A DNA stretch of 63,693 nt, filler included, from Asterionella formosa (GCA_002256025.1; 13 parts of 13 records of this genome joined end to end with filler, not necessarily neighbours in it), one strand, 5' to 3'. Shown: positions 47,779-60,283, counted from the first letter of the whole stretch. Notes: a model not told the origin generated them from the letters alone. Made by a program: numbers and translations.

Positions 47779-48212
47779 GGGAGAATGCTGTATGAATGGA
47801 CAGCTAAATCATTACGTCTTGGGTAGTTTTACAAGAAGCCGATGCTTGCTGGGAAGTTGCGGTAAAAAGACGGTTTTTTACTATAAGGAAAACATAGCTA
47901 CATTTGTCTCTTACCGCAAGTAGCAAGGGGCAAATCTTTCTTGACTTTTATTTTACATAGGCTACCACTGGTACTGTGACCCTGGTACCAGGTACCCTTG
48001 CAAGTTGCGGTAACTGTGCTGCAGGTAAAGATTTAGCCATCTTTATCCCATATTATTGTTAATTTACGCAAAATTTCCCATGTGTCATGGAAGGACCGAC
48101 GAAACGTCAACTTGTAATATCAGTGGTCCATCCCTCCTCATCCAATAACAACTACCCTGGTTTACGTAGACAGAGTATATCCTCAATTTTTCATTAATAC
48201 CTATATTTGATC

Positions 48213-49235
48213 ATGGTTGTCCGAAACATTCTCGAGATAGCTCTGGTACTGACGACTCTGACCAATTTTGTGACAGCATGGAGCCAGCCACAGCTGTTTC
48301 CGATGCGTCGCACATCGGCGCTCCCCATGATCTCGTTCGGAAAGTCTAGGTCGAACAAAAGCTTTCCCAAAGATGTCAAAGAAGCAGTATCACGGTGTCG
48401 AGCTTCTGTGCAAGAGGCTTTGGGAAAGCGTGTGTCACGGATGGATATTGAGTTTCCCGTCGGTGCTAATTTTGGCATTGAAAAACTAAGAGAGAAAAGT
48501 GCGAAACAATCGTCGTCGGGAGGTGACGCTGGGGTACCTACGAAGGCCCTCCTGGATACCAGTGATCGCGAACTGACCAGAATCTTTGTTGAAATGTTTC
48601 AACCGCTCGGTGGTGAGGCCATCTGCGTGATCTTCACGGATATGGCACTCGCTGATAAGGCAAGAAGCATTTGGAAAGACGATTCCTCAGCAACTTGCCG
48701 AATATTGTCACTGGGGAGAAAGAAGTCCGGCGCATCTCAAAAAAAGACAAAGGGTTTCGCGGCCAAGATGGCTGAAGAAGTTGATGAAGACGAAGGAGGT
48801 CCATTTGCATTGCCCGAAAAAACTGAGCTCGCTATATTTGTTGCTCCTGGACCAAAGGAACTTCTCGTAGTGGAACAGGTTTGCAACAAAGCTGGTATGG
48901 GCACTCTAGTTATCCTTTTAAATGCTCGACTGGCCTCTCTCTCAAACTTTGGCACAGAGGCCGCTAAAGTGCTCTTCTTGGAACAGTTTGAACCTGTGTT
49001 TTCCCTCTGCGCTGCTCCTCAGGAAGTAGCACCAAGTTGCTTGCTCCATCGATCGTATCCCAATGATTGGATGATGGCAAGAAAGCCAAAGGTTGGCCAA
49101 CCAAAGCTGATATTGGAGCAATGTTATCGACCGACTGTAGAAAACTGTAAGGCGGCGTATGACTCCATGGAAATAGGAGAGTTGGAACAAGGAGTTGAAA
49201 ACGTCTTGGAGAATGTGGCTGCCTGGTTCAACTAA
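48213..49235 (+). CDS. Plastid-targeted DUF1995-family protein
   Basis: Signal peptide ending VTA-W plus a basic transit peptide (diatom bipartite leader). FP..A..A..RMDIEFP, VILLNARL, FEPVF.L and LHRSYP.DW motifs. Confidence 0.75.
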   Translation: MVVRNILEIALVLTTLTNFVTAWSQPQLFPMRRTSALPMISFGKSRSNKSFPKDVKEAVSRCRASVQEALGKRVSRMDIEFPVGANFGIEKLREKSAKQSSSGGDAGVPTKALLDTSDRELTRIFVEMFQPLGGEAICVIFTDMALADKARSIWKDDSSATCRILSLGRKKSGASQKKTKGFAAKMAEEVDEDEGGPFALPEKTELAIFVAPGPKELLVVEQVCNKAGMGTLVILLNARLASLSNFGTEAAKVLFLEQFEPVFSLCAAPQEVAPSCLLHRSYPNDWMMARKPKVGQPKLILEQCYRPTVENCKAAYDSMEIGELEQGVENVLENVAAWFN

Positions 49236-49695
49236 TTTGTGTCGATTGCGATCCTCTTAATTTGATTATATCCTTTTAATTCGATGCCATCTATAGTATC
49301 TAGTAAGCCTCGAACTGGGACAGAGGTTGCACTCTCAAAGGTATCAGGTAATGACGATTTCTTTTAAGGCCAATTAATAAGTTCGATTGACCATCAATTA
49401 CATGCTGGTATGCAATGGAATTCACGTGGAGGCTAATGCTTGGGTCTGAACTTGTAAAGAATTTATTTCCTTATCCACTATATGGATAACGACAACACTT
49501 GGTCATGTGTCATGTGTGTAATGTATAGTCATTGATACAAGAGAAGATGAAGCACAACTCATGGTGTCATTGGTAACAGTGTGCATGAGTGCCATACCCA
49601 ACAGAACCCCGTGAAATGACAAGAAGTACGCACCACCATCCCACTCTAATTCCATTTATTTGCAGTCTACTGTCCAACTGCTTGAAATATGATAT

Positions 49696-51585
49696 TTAGT
49701 TGTCGTGGATCACATGATAAAAGCCAGATTTTGACCCATATTTGCTGTAGGACACAGGATACTCTGGATATTTGGGCTGAGGGAACTCCAGATTTTTGGG
49801 CACATCCTCCTCACAATCAGGCTTGTCACCCTTAGATCCTTTAGAGCCCTTCGATCCCTTAGAACCTTTACCTCCCTTTCCCTTACCTCCCTTGGAACCT
49901 TTACCTCCCTTACCTTTACCTCCCTTTCCCTTACCTCCCTTGGAACCTTTACCTCCCTTTCCCTTACCTCCCTTGGAACCTTTACCTTCCTTTCCCTTAC
50001 CTCCTTTTGATCCCTTGGAAACAGGCTCTGCTACAGGTGAGACTATTGGTGCGGCAACAGGCTTGTATACGGGGTGTATTGGCACGGGAATTGGTGCAGG
50101 GTAGTCGCCCTGGTAAGGAGCAGTAGCCGGTTTTGGGTAGGAGTAAGGCGCGGCTTCGGGCATGCCAGCCTTGGATCCGCCAGACTTGGATCCACCAGAC
50201 TTGGATCCACCAGACTTGGATCCACCAGACTTGGATCCACCAGACTTGGATCCACCAGACTTGGATCCACCAGACTTGGATCCACCAGACTTGGATCCAC
50301 CAGACTTGGATCCGCCAGACTTGGAACCACTTGATGATGAACCATTGTCATAAGATCCTGCATTGGAGCCTTCTCCAGTGGAATAGGACCCCGAATCGTA
50401 TGAACGCGTCGTGTAAGATGAATATCCAGTTGCAGCGTTGGAGCCATACTCAGACATGTCGGAATTGGAGCCATACTCCTCGCTAATATGTGCATCGATG
50501 TTTGACTTGGCATCTCCCTTACCCTTTCCAGATTTTGAGCCAGACTTGGAATCTCCCTTACCCTTTCCAGATTTTGAGCCAGACTTAGAATCTCCCTTAC
50601 CCTTTCCAGATTTTGAGCCAGACTTGGAATCTCCCTGACCCTTTCCAGATTTTGAGCCAGACTTGGAATCTCCAGACTTGGATCCAATGTGGTAGTCATC
50701 GCCCTCATATGGAGCAGCAACAGGCTTTGGGTAGGAGTAGGGAGCAGCTTCAGGCATACCAGCCTTGGAGCCACCAGACTTTGAACCTCCCTTGCCCTTG
50801 CCAGACTTTGAATCTCCAGACTTCGAGCCTCCCTTGCCCTTGCCAGACTTTGAATCACCAGACTTAGAGCCTCCCTTTCCCTTTCCAGACTTGGAACCAG
50901 ATTTGGAACCTGTTTGGTAGTCATCACCCTCGTATGGAGCAGCAACAGGCTTTGGGTAGGGGTAAGGAGCAGCTTCAGGCATGCCGGCCTTGGAGCCACC
51001 AGACTTTGAACCTCCCTTGCCCTTGCCAGACTTTGAATCTCCAGACTTCGAGCCCCCCTTGCCCTTGCCAGACTTTGAATCTCCAGACTTCGAGCCTCCC
51101 TTTCCCTTTCCAGACTTAGAACCAGTTTGGTAGTCATCACCCTCGTATGGAGCAGCAACTGGCTTTGGGTGGGGCCAAGGGGCAGTTTGGGGCATGCCCG
51201 CCTTTGATCCACCAGACTTCGATTTTGTGACATATCCATCGCTGTATAGGGGATATTCTGGAATTTCGGGATTGGGGAACTCTGGATTTTCAGGAGCGAC
51301 CTCCTCACAATCAGGCACTCCCCCCTTAGATACCTTTGATCCTTTCGATCCCATGCCCATACCTCCCTTGCTACCCATGCCCATACCTCCCTTGCTACCC
51401 ATGCCCATACCTCCCTTGCTACCCATGCCCATACCTCCCTTGCTACCCATGCCCATTAGGGCGCGGCCGACATGTACGGGCGTTCCTTTGATCTGGGTAA
51501 ATTCCGTTATTCCTCTTAGTTGAGTACTTTCGGCATTGACCAGACAAAGCAACGCCAAAGAGGCGAATGCAGAGGTTACTTTCAT
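49696..51585 (-). CDS. Secreted silaffin/cingulin-like biosilica-associated protein (629 aa)
   Basis: Signal peptide (residues 1-18), RXL site (RAL 41-43), dense K-x-x-K and GSK repeats, Ser/Gly/Lys/Tyr/Pro bias, intronless. Repeats vary mostly at synonymous positions. Confidence 0.8.
   Translation of the reverse strand: MKVTSAFASLALLCLVNAESTQLRGITEFTQIKGTPVHVGRALMGMGSKGGMGMGSKGGMGMGSKGGMGMGSKGGMGMGSKGSKVSKGGVPDCEEVAPENPEFPNPEIPEYPLYSDGYVTKSKSGGSKAGMPQTAPWPHPKPVAAPYEGDDYQTGSKSGKGKGGSKSGDSKSGKGKGGSKSGDSKSGKGKGGSKSGGSKAGMPEAAPYPYPKPVAAPYEGDDYQTGSKSGSKSGKGKGGSKSGDSKSGKGKGGSKSGDSKSGKGKGGSKSGGSKAGMPEAAPYSYPKPVAAPYEGDDYHIGSKSGDSKSGSKSGKGQGDSKSGSKSGKGKGDSKSGSKSGKGKGDSKSGSKSGKGKGDAKSNIDAHISEEYGSNSDMSEYGSNAATGYSSYTTRSYDSGSYSTGEGSNAGSYDNGSSSSGSKSGGSKSGGSKSGGSKSGGSKSGGSKSGGSKSGGSKSGGSKSGGSKSGGSKAGMPEAAPYSYPKPATAPYQGDYPAPIPVPIHPVYKPVAAPIVSPVAEPVSKGSKGGKGKEGKGSKGGKGKGGKGSKGGKGKGGKGKGGKGSKGGKGKGGKGSKGSKGSKGSKGDKPDCEEDVPKNLEFPQPKYPEYPVSYSKYGSKSGFYHVIHDN
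50171..50320. repeat. 15-bp coding tandem repeat x10 (SKSGG)
   Basis: ttggatcc(a/g)ccagac x10 inside the silaffin-like gene. Confidence 0.95.
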
Positions 51586-53329
51586 TGAATTTGCCCTTCG
51601 AAGATCTTGTCAGTTATATTCGAAAGATTGCCTGTGATTTGACAGATAACAAATTTTTTGTGAGAGGGAGGGTATGCTTTGTATGGCAGGCCACATCATG
51701 CTTATTTTCGAAGTTACTTAGGTAGTGATGACGACAAAAAAATAGCTTCCCTCCAAAAAAATCGCACCACACATGCTCACGATGGAAAATTTTGTCCGCA
51801 AGGTGATTTGTTACATTGGATTTAACAACCAACACATGAGAGGCGTCAGCTTTCATACTCTCCCGATTGAACACAGCGAAAGATTAGACGAAAGACAAGT
51901 GATATTCCAAATGGGACTAGATAGGCAACGGGTTCAGAGGCCATAAATCAAATCCTTCAGGACAATTCAAGATGAATCACGAACCAAGGGCCGATTTCAA
52001 CAAGTTAAAGATAAGAGAAACCGAGCAAATGAAAGACTTAACAGCCTTGGTGTGGATCAAGATGCAGGAGCGAGACTTAAAACTCCTTCGATAAGCCGAC
52101 GTAGCATCAAAATGCAGGAACGTGAATTGACGAACCTCGTTCGAGAAGCCAGCGCAGCTTGAATCATCTGAGGATTCTTCGAACGCTGGTCGTCGTCAAC
52201 CGTGTACAGATGTGTTATCAGAGGTGCAGAAAAGGATTTCATCATGATCGTACCTTTCAGATGGGGTGAACTGATGTTGGAAAGAAATGTCCTCCTGGCT
52301 AATTTGGCACCCCTATCAGACAGGACGAGCTGCACGCTTGCCACACATGGGAAAAATTTGGGACTCGTAACTGTGCAAGTTACAAATATATATTCAGGGA
52401 CGAATAGCAATTGAATGATCTTTACATGATTCCGATAAGCCGTAGTGGACCCCAAATTTTCGATGTATCTCTCTTTTTGGTCGAATCCAGTTTTAAATTC
52501 ATATTAGATCATGAATATATGATGATTTGATGTAAACAAATATATTGATTCTACATAGACATATTAATTAATGTAATGTACAGTCCGAAGTGGAGGAGCT
52601 TTCTCAACGTCTGTCGCGTACCGGTCGACTTCCGGGCAGAATGTACCTGCCTGTCGGCAGAATGTCGAAAGCAATGGTACCTGGTAGGCGATTCTACATA
52701 CATACAGTACATAGAATATGTACAGGTTGAAAATACATGAATACAACTTGCAAGTTTCGGGACATACGGTAATTTTGTTTTTCGTGTACCATTCCCAAAA
52801 CTGACAAATATTCCCCGACTCGGCAGCCGTTAAGAAATCAAAGTATGAAACTTCTAACGGCTCGCGCCCGCAGGCCGTATAAGGACGATTGGACAAAATT
52901 CGATAAATTCAGATAATTCGGGACAAAACAGGTTCTGACGAATTGAAACATTGGGTCAAAGTTTTTAGGTAATACTGACAATTGATTGGCCCGGTTAGCG
53001 TCTTGCAAAGCCAAGCTGGCCACACTGGATGCACATGTAACATTTTCTTGGGTGTTGACCAGTACAATATCCGCAGTAGGTAGCTCATCACCAGTGATAA
53101 TATGCATACCAGTAATAGAATGCACTTTGCCTGCATTGAATGGACAGAGTGCACTTCCTTTTCCTTTGATGATCATTGCAGCCACAATGATTGCAGAAAT
53201 TCATTCCTTTTTTCCTTATTTCCTGATGTTCCTCTCTAAATGCAACACCAGAACCGTAAGTCTTACCTGATTTGTTGTCTTCCCTTTCTTGTTTGACTGT
53301 TTCAAATCGTGCTGCATGTACTTTTTCGT

Positions 53330-54590
53330 TTAGTTTCGTTTCCTCTTTTGTTTGAATTGCGCTTTGTAGGCTCCATTGTCACTACATCGCTTTTCCTTTT
53401 GTCTCCAGAAGGATTCTTGCAATGCTGACATCTGCATTCCACATTGCTCATGTACATCCCTTGTGTATTGTGTTGCTCCTTGTGTGTGTTGCCCAGCAAC
53501 CAAAGCCACTCGATATTGAAGGCCTCCGGATCCTGCAAACATCTTGTTTTTCGGACATCGTCGCAACACTGCAATGTTCATTGCCTCATTAATCTGTGTG
53601 TCAAAGCGATGATGCAATGATAGCAGCTTTTCGCCTTCGACTTTCGTTGCAACTTGCAACATCAACCATTCGTATAATGGTTTTTCCTTTTCCTTGTCGT
53701 GATATTTTCCGTTACTAACCATTTTTCCTGATTTTGCAGGGCACCATGATGTCTCAGAGCAGTAATCATTTGAGCCAAGCAAATAAATGGTTGATTGGCG
53801 CCTTGGAGTAAATAATAAATTCTGTCAGAGAGAGGTTCCGATTTTTTAATCCAAGCGCCATAGTCAATTTTCAACCGGAGACAATCTGCTTTTGAGGGAC
53901 GCTCAAGGGAGACACGGCCGTTAGATTTTAGAAAAGCAGGGCATAGAAGGACCCATATTCTGTGTGATGGGTCAGACAGAAATTTAGGTTCAGGTACAGT
54001 CAGTGGAAGAAGGCATCCTTTGTCCGACTTCTTTAATCCTTTCAATGTTCTTGGCCATTGGAAGGATGGCTGTAGTTTCAATAATTCCTTATAGGACCAT
54101 TGAGAAACAGCTCTAATAGTCGAATCATCATCACAGATGACTGTCGAGTAGATAGCATTGTATTTCATAACTGCATCAATCATCATTTCCACACTGGCAT
54201 CTGGTTCTGTTGCCTTCGAACGACCAGCAGTTACGTGATTCTTGGGGCAAACATGTTCCTTGGTTGATTTCTTGTACTGTATAGCCCTGTCGCACACATT
54301 GCCGACCTTAGTAGATTTCACTCTGTAGTCTAGTATCTTTTTCGTGTAGCCACCAATTCAAAAAGCATGTCCACTTATGGAGTTGTACTTTTTTCCGCCG
54401 CAGGATTGCTGCCTCCAGCCCATATTGTCACTAACAGTGAGTCATGGCATATTGAGTACAGATGTACCAGTAAGACTGTTCCACCACTGAAAATCACGTC
54501 CTTTGTAAGCCCGCCCAGTCATCACGTTCATGCACAATTACATTGCTGGTACATAATATTTTTGATACTCATTGTCACACCATGCTCAAT
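53330..54590 (-). pseudogene. Mutator-like (MULE) transposase, frameshifted
   Basis: MGWRQQS..KYNSISGHAF..GGYTKKILDY, CPKNH..GRSKATEPDA, ICDDDS, DPSHR, FDTQINEAMN..CPK. Several frameshifts. Confidence 0.75.
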
Positions 54591-56998
54591 GCATTGTTCT
54601 TGGTTTCAAAAATGCAGTAATTATCCATTTGACCAGAGTGAATAAAGACAAATAATTAACACACTGACAGAGATCAAACGAAAAGACCGCAAAAGAACGG
54701 GAAACCCGGATATACGGCATTTTTCTGTGGTCTTTTGCGAATTGTTTTGGAAAACCATGAGGAGAGGTCGATTTTTGATAAAACACAGCTTTTGTATGTG
54801 ACTTTTCGTACTTCGGAGTTTCTGTCAACTCCCAGTATACAAAAGCCTTAATTCACATCTTTTGGTTCGATTATTCATGTTAATCCTGTATTCGCAGTCT
54901 CATTTGTTATGTAGCTACCATAAAAGTGCGTAACTCCTTGTAGCAGTGCTACTAGGATTATTATATCATGATTGTACTATCTATGTTGTGTTTGATATAA
55001 GTATCAAAAAGGAAAGCATTGTTGTCATTTTTCGTCGAGATATTCGCTATTTTCACCATGGTCAATGCTGTGACAACATATTGATGAAGGATTCTCCAGC
55101 CGCTTGCAACTACACAACTACCGGTGCGTATTCAGTATCATAGTGGTTATAGCTACAGTTTGATTAGGTACATAGCTAGGTTGTAGGTGACTTTGATGGC
55201 AGCAGCCAGCGTTGAAACAATGACGTCACACAAAGAAAAAATTGCTACTTTAAACAAATTCTTGTCTTACAGGTTCCTGCATTTGAGCCCCTAGTCAAAA
55301 TTAAAAGAGGGGTTGCCGAAATTCCCTGGAACTACGAATTTCTATAGAATAATTTTGAATGACATGCATGATTCCATTTGAAATATTTAAATGAGTGGAA
55401 AATCACGCGTATTTACATAGATTCCTTTTTCGAATTCGCTATATATATACAGTCTACATAGCTCGATGTATATAAATACCCTTCACTAGGATCGTCATGT
55501 ATGCGTCATATGACCCAGCAGCATGGCAAACGACCCACCACTGTCTCGGCAAATATTTTAAGTGCAATCTACGAGTGGTACGCATATGTCAAATGATTAT
55601 CATCTACTGGTATTGGTACTGGTACTCTTAGTGGATGTGGTACTTGGTACCGGCATACCAGCAATTCCCCAAGAAATTTTTAAATGTGTATCCAGTGTGG
55701 CCTGTGTGGTTTTGCAAGACCTTGCAAACCAGGCCAATCAAATATCGGTAAGAATTGAACTTGACCCATCAAAATATTTATAGTGAAGCGGGCAGTTACA
55801 ATGGAATTTTTTGTACAGGCGATTGCAGGACGAAAAATTGAATCACAACAAGACTATTATTCTGATGATGACATGGCACTTTTGAGACCGTTAAAAAGGC
55901 CGACATTGTCGAATTTTTGGACCGTGACAGCTCAACGTTGGCAGGGTTTGAAGAAGAGTTAAGTACATAGGTAATCTTCAAATAGCCTCAGAAGTTAACT
56001 TTCTGTGAGAGAGTGCAGAAAGGATCTTTGGTTTTTTAACTAGACCAAATAAGCAAGTTGGCCCAGTAGTTCTGGCAGCACGTCCCTCCGAAGTCGGCTT
56101 CCTCCAGAAGCTGTAGCTTTTCTTTCAACTTCTAATGCCTCTTGTCACTCCCCTTCCATCAAACTACTCATCTTCGGAGATCGCAGCGGCTTTATTGCCT
56201 CTCTTTACTACCATACTATTCTTCCACCATTACCACGCTAAATTTCTCCCTGTCTCTGGACGCCCAGACCACTCTCACACCAAGGAAACTCCTATTCCAA
56301 CTTCGGTTCAAACACTAAAACGACAAGTCCGCTTAAATAATTTCTCCTGTCTCCTCCGAGGTGGTCACTCCTTAGCTGATCTCATTGTCAAAGGGCGTAT
56401 CCACATCCACACATGCAAAGCACCCAAATCTCTCCTCACTCTAATCACTCTGTTCACCCAACCTAGATCCTATGGATTGATCAATTTAGCGGAGACCTTT
56501 CTTTAGATTGCGGATGGCTCCTCTATTCATCTTCTCGGGTTAATCGTAGTGACCTTCAATCCCAGTTGCAATCTCTCTCTCTCTCTCTAAATATTTGGGG
56601 AAGCTCCCCCTTTCTCTGGCGCCAACTAGATGCCCCCCCCCCCTTCGATTTCAGCTTATGCAATTTTCATCGTGTCCTCCCCCGCCCCCAACTAGGCGAA
56701 AGTCAGGCGCTTACTTCAGGATATCATATGTCTTCAAGAACAGGAGTCAAACACCTCTCATTACCCCTTTCAGTGTTCCATGCATGCTCTTTCTTTCTCC
56801 ATTATTCATTGGCCTCACTGATCAAGACTATGCTCGAAACTCCGAGGACAACAACAGTTTCAAGCCTCCGAAGCAACGACTGTTCAGGTGAGCGGTCTTA
56901 TTTCCCTTTCCCATGTATTCCCAGACTCGTTTGACACTCTTGGGAATGCCCTTCTTAGTCTCCCTGAGCCGCAGCCCGGCCACAATTACCTCCTCCGC

Positions 56999-57841
56999 AC
57001 ATCTAAGACGCCGTTTACGGCACTTTTTCGAATTTATGTCTAAAGTGACGTATTTATGCTACTTTTTTAAAATATTATGTTACTTTTCTAAAATATTATG
57101 TTACTTTTTTGAAATATTATGCTACTTTTTCCCTAATTTATTCGGGTTAAACAAAAATTTATTTCACTTATCGAATAATTATGTGATCACACCAATAATT
57201 ATGTGTGTTCGTGACAATAGCTATATGTTGACTAACTAGCCATCGCAACAGTATAAAAGCGAAATTATGCTGCTCCGCCCCAATATTATGCTGCTTTCAC
57301 CATATAATGAACGAAAGAGTCGCCAATTCCGATACACTTATTATTTTTTCCGCTCCGACATATCACTTTGATCTGAACTGGCAAAGAATAACACATGCAA
57401 GAGGAAGATTCACACTGTAGAATTCAGCACACGTAGTAGTAGTAGTTGATGTTGTAGACCCATTGTTTAGTCATTGTTGATTGTAGAGATTACAATAGCC
57501 TGCCAGATTAGAAATAAAGCACCGTTGGTACTCGTTGAGCATCGTTTAGCATTGCATGTCTCCGTAGTGAATCGAAATTGAGATGTGCCGCAATGGCCTT
57601 CTCCGTTTCGGAGCAGCTACAAATAGTCTACAGTGATAACTCTAGCAAGTACAATATAGAAAAAGAAGGAAAGGATGCTGAGTAGCTGACAACAATTGAA
57701 TCCGTTATTTCGTTAAGAAACAGCTGTTGCATATTTCAACCTTGCATGTCGCCGTAGTGAGTCAAAATTGAGATGTGCCACAATGGCCTTCTCCGTTTCG
57801 GAGCAGCTACAAATAGTCTACAGCAATAAGTCGAGCAAGTA
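56999..57841. mobile_element. Second copy of the CATCTAAGACG repeat family, with internal ~100-bp duplication
   Basis: 56999-57427 matches 36599-37022. 57552-57652 is duplicated at 57742-57841. Confidence 0.75.
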
Positions 57842-57941
57842 NNNNNNNNNNNNNNNNNNNNNNNNNNNNNNNNNNNNNNNNNNNNTTAATTAATTAANNN
57901 NNNNNNNNNNNNNNNNNNNNNNNNNNNNNNNNNNNNNNNNN

Positions 57942-58767
57942 CATTGGGGTCATTGTCAACATCATTCTGGCCTTTGTCTTGGGGGAACATCACGTACACT
58001 TACCCGGAAGCAATCATAGTGACCACGACCATGACCACGACCATGAACACCATCACAAACACGACGAGGAAAACGATGATGATCATGAAGAGAACTATCA
58101 TGACAGTCACGAGCATGACAGTCATGCACACGACCACCATGAAGAAACCGTGGCACTTTCCGGGGCACACGATCACGACAACGTCGGTTATGGATCCGTG
58201 CATCCACTCCACGCGGACGAAGTTTTACCTGCTAAGAAGCCTCGCAACATAAATCTAGAAGCGGCCTATCTCCACGTATTGGGAGATCTTGCCCAAAGCA
58301 CTGCGGTCTTGGTTGCTGGCGCCATCATTTGGTTCAAACCTGAATGGCACATTGTGGATCCTATTTGCACCCTTCTTTTTTGTGCCATGGTTTTCTATTC
58401 CACACTCGCAGTTCTGAGAACTTCTATTAGTGTTTTGTTGGAAGAAGTGCCTCCAAATATCAATTGGGAGGACATTTATGCGACGATTTCAGCAATTGAT
58501 GGAGTGGAAAATGTCCATGATTTGCACATTTGGTCCATCTCACATGGTATTCCAAGTCTGAGTGTCCACTGCATGTCGACAAATACAGACGAGGCGCTGA
58601 AGAATGTTTGTTTGGCGCTTAAACAAAAAGGTATCAAGCACGCAACGATTCAAGTACAGCAGCTGCCTGCTGTGTCGTGCGTAACCTGCGACTCAGTGGA
58701 TGCATGTGGGACTACGCGCATTTCACAGCTTTTGGACGCTTCAAAGCTGCAAGGGATTATTGTGTAA
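57942..58767 (+). CDS. Cation diffusion facilitator (ZnT/MTP1-like zinc transporter), 5'-truncated
   Basis: His-rich loop, NINLEAAYLHVLGD (HxxxD), DPICT, LLE.VP and VHDLHIWSI..LSVH motifs. Confidence 0.9.
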
Positions 58768-59112
58768 TATGGTGTCCTGTCAGGCTATTTACTATCTCGC
58801 TGTTGATTGGATAAGCTGTGCGCACCATTTGTTTTAAAGGCACATTCTTCCATGATCAAAATAATTGAGTTTTCTCGACTCGAGTACTCGAGTTCTAGGG
58901 GCTAAGAATCAAGATAAAACAGGATAGAACTGCACTAATTTAGTGTTGCAAATGAAATGTAAATACTTTTCGCTTCTACAGAACTAACAATAGTAAGTGC
59001 TATACCTTGGGANNNNNNNNNNNNNNNNNNNNNNNNNNNNNNNNNNNNNNNNNNNNTTAATTAATTAANNNNNNNNNNNNNNNNNNNNNNNNNNNNNNNN
59101 NNNNNNNNNNNN

Positions 59113-59834
59113 TTACAGAAGCAGATCGGCTTGGAAAACGTAAGGGTCTCCCCCCTGGCTTTGTCGGGCTTGCGTGTCGACATTGCTTTGGAGGTTATGG
59201 ATCCGGTCGCTTCTTCCCCTCCAGTATCAAGACCCTGTCGGATACTAGCAAAACTCTTAATGTACTGTACAATCACATGATGCGTTGCCGTAAGTGTCCT
59301 TCAGACGTGCGTGATTGCCTTGAAAAACTTCGTATCCATCATGACGATGAGCGTGCCAAGATGAAGTTCGGTTCCCAGAAAGCCTTCTTCGCCAAGATTT
59401 GGGGCCGTCTTCATGATGGCATTAATACTCCGCAAGCGCCGCCGACTGCTGGCATGAAGCGCAAAATGGCCTCGTATGAACCGCCCCTAAGTAAGAGGGC
59501 GTCCTTCGAGCCACCGAACTTGTCCCATGCGCAGGGGTTTTCACCGGCCAGGATGCAGCAAATGATGAATAGTGTGGCTGCTCAGCAGCAAGAGCAACTT
59601 CATCACCAACATCAGGCGCAAATGCAGCAAAATCAAATAATGCATCATCATGAACAACAACACCATCAGCAACTTCAAATGTACAATCACAGTAGCATGC
59701 AACAACACATGCCTCCTCAACTGCCACCAAACCTGGCTCATTTACAACAGCAAATGATGGGAGGCGGTTTGGATGCCTTGTCGCGACAAGCAACAGAGAA
59801 TGACACGAAGTACCACCATCGTAGTCACATGTAA
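59113..59834 (+). CDS. 5'-truncated protein with CxHC..H..C putative Zn-binding domain and Gln/His-rich tail
   Basis: Frame is open from the contig edge: GFVGLACRHC..GRFFPSSIKTL..NHMMRCRKCP..GSQKAFF.KIWGRLH, then an NLS-like KRK and a polyQ/H region. Confidence 0.7.
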
Positions 59835-60283
59835 CGCTGGTGGAATGAAATTTTGGGACTGTAATTTTTGTACATATTTTTAGGGCTTGCATGGCATCTC
59901 CACTTTTCTCTGATTTGCTACTTTATCGCTAGCGCAGACTACAGACGACGTCATAAATAGCTGGAAGTTTTAGTATCGCACACTTCGTTGCATGAATACG
60001 CTTAATTGCAAGTTGTTATCAATAATATGTAGTGGGGTCCACCGATTTGAGCAGATGTAGCAGGTTTCTGACTAAATTCATGAATACCTTGTATTCGAAT
60101 TTATCCAAATGAAATTCTGGATTGTAGCGACGAAATGGCAATGGCAAAGGCCTGGACAGGACTAAGTGGGAATTGGAAGTCCANNNNNNNNNNNNNNNNN
60201 NNNNNNNNNNNNNNNNNNNNNNNNNNNTTAATTAATTAANNNNNNNNNNNNNNNNNNNNNNNNNNNNNNNNNNNNNNNNNNNN

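Noticed and set aside
49796..51523. Overlapping repetitive ORFs (LDPPD, IHQTW, LGSTR and the 421-aa SLVDP frame)
   Set aside because: Shadow frames of the silaffin-like repeats; only the 629-aa frame has a signal peptide and synonymous-site variation.
44959..51585. Rh / ACS-like / DUF1995 / silaffin-like genes as a functional cluster
   Set aside because: Different predicted compartments, one member is a pseudogene, and nothing beyond proximity links them.
6162..55000. Fanzor/TnpB-like RNA-guided nuclease as a transposon passenger
   Set aside because: I found no RuvC I/II/III plus Zn-finger arrangement in any ORF of the pogo, hAT, MULE or Crypton remnants.
56040..56990. Pyrimidine-rich stretch with several short + ORFs
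   Set aside because: Possibly a decayed retroelement, but no recognisable motif supports a call.
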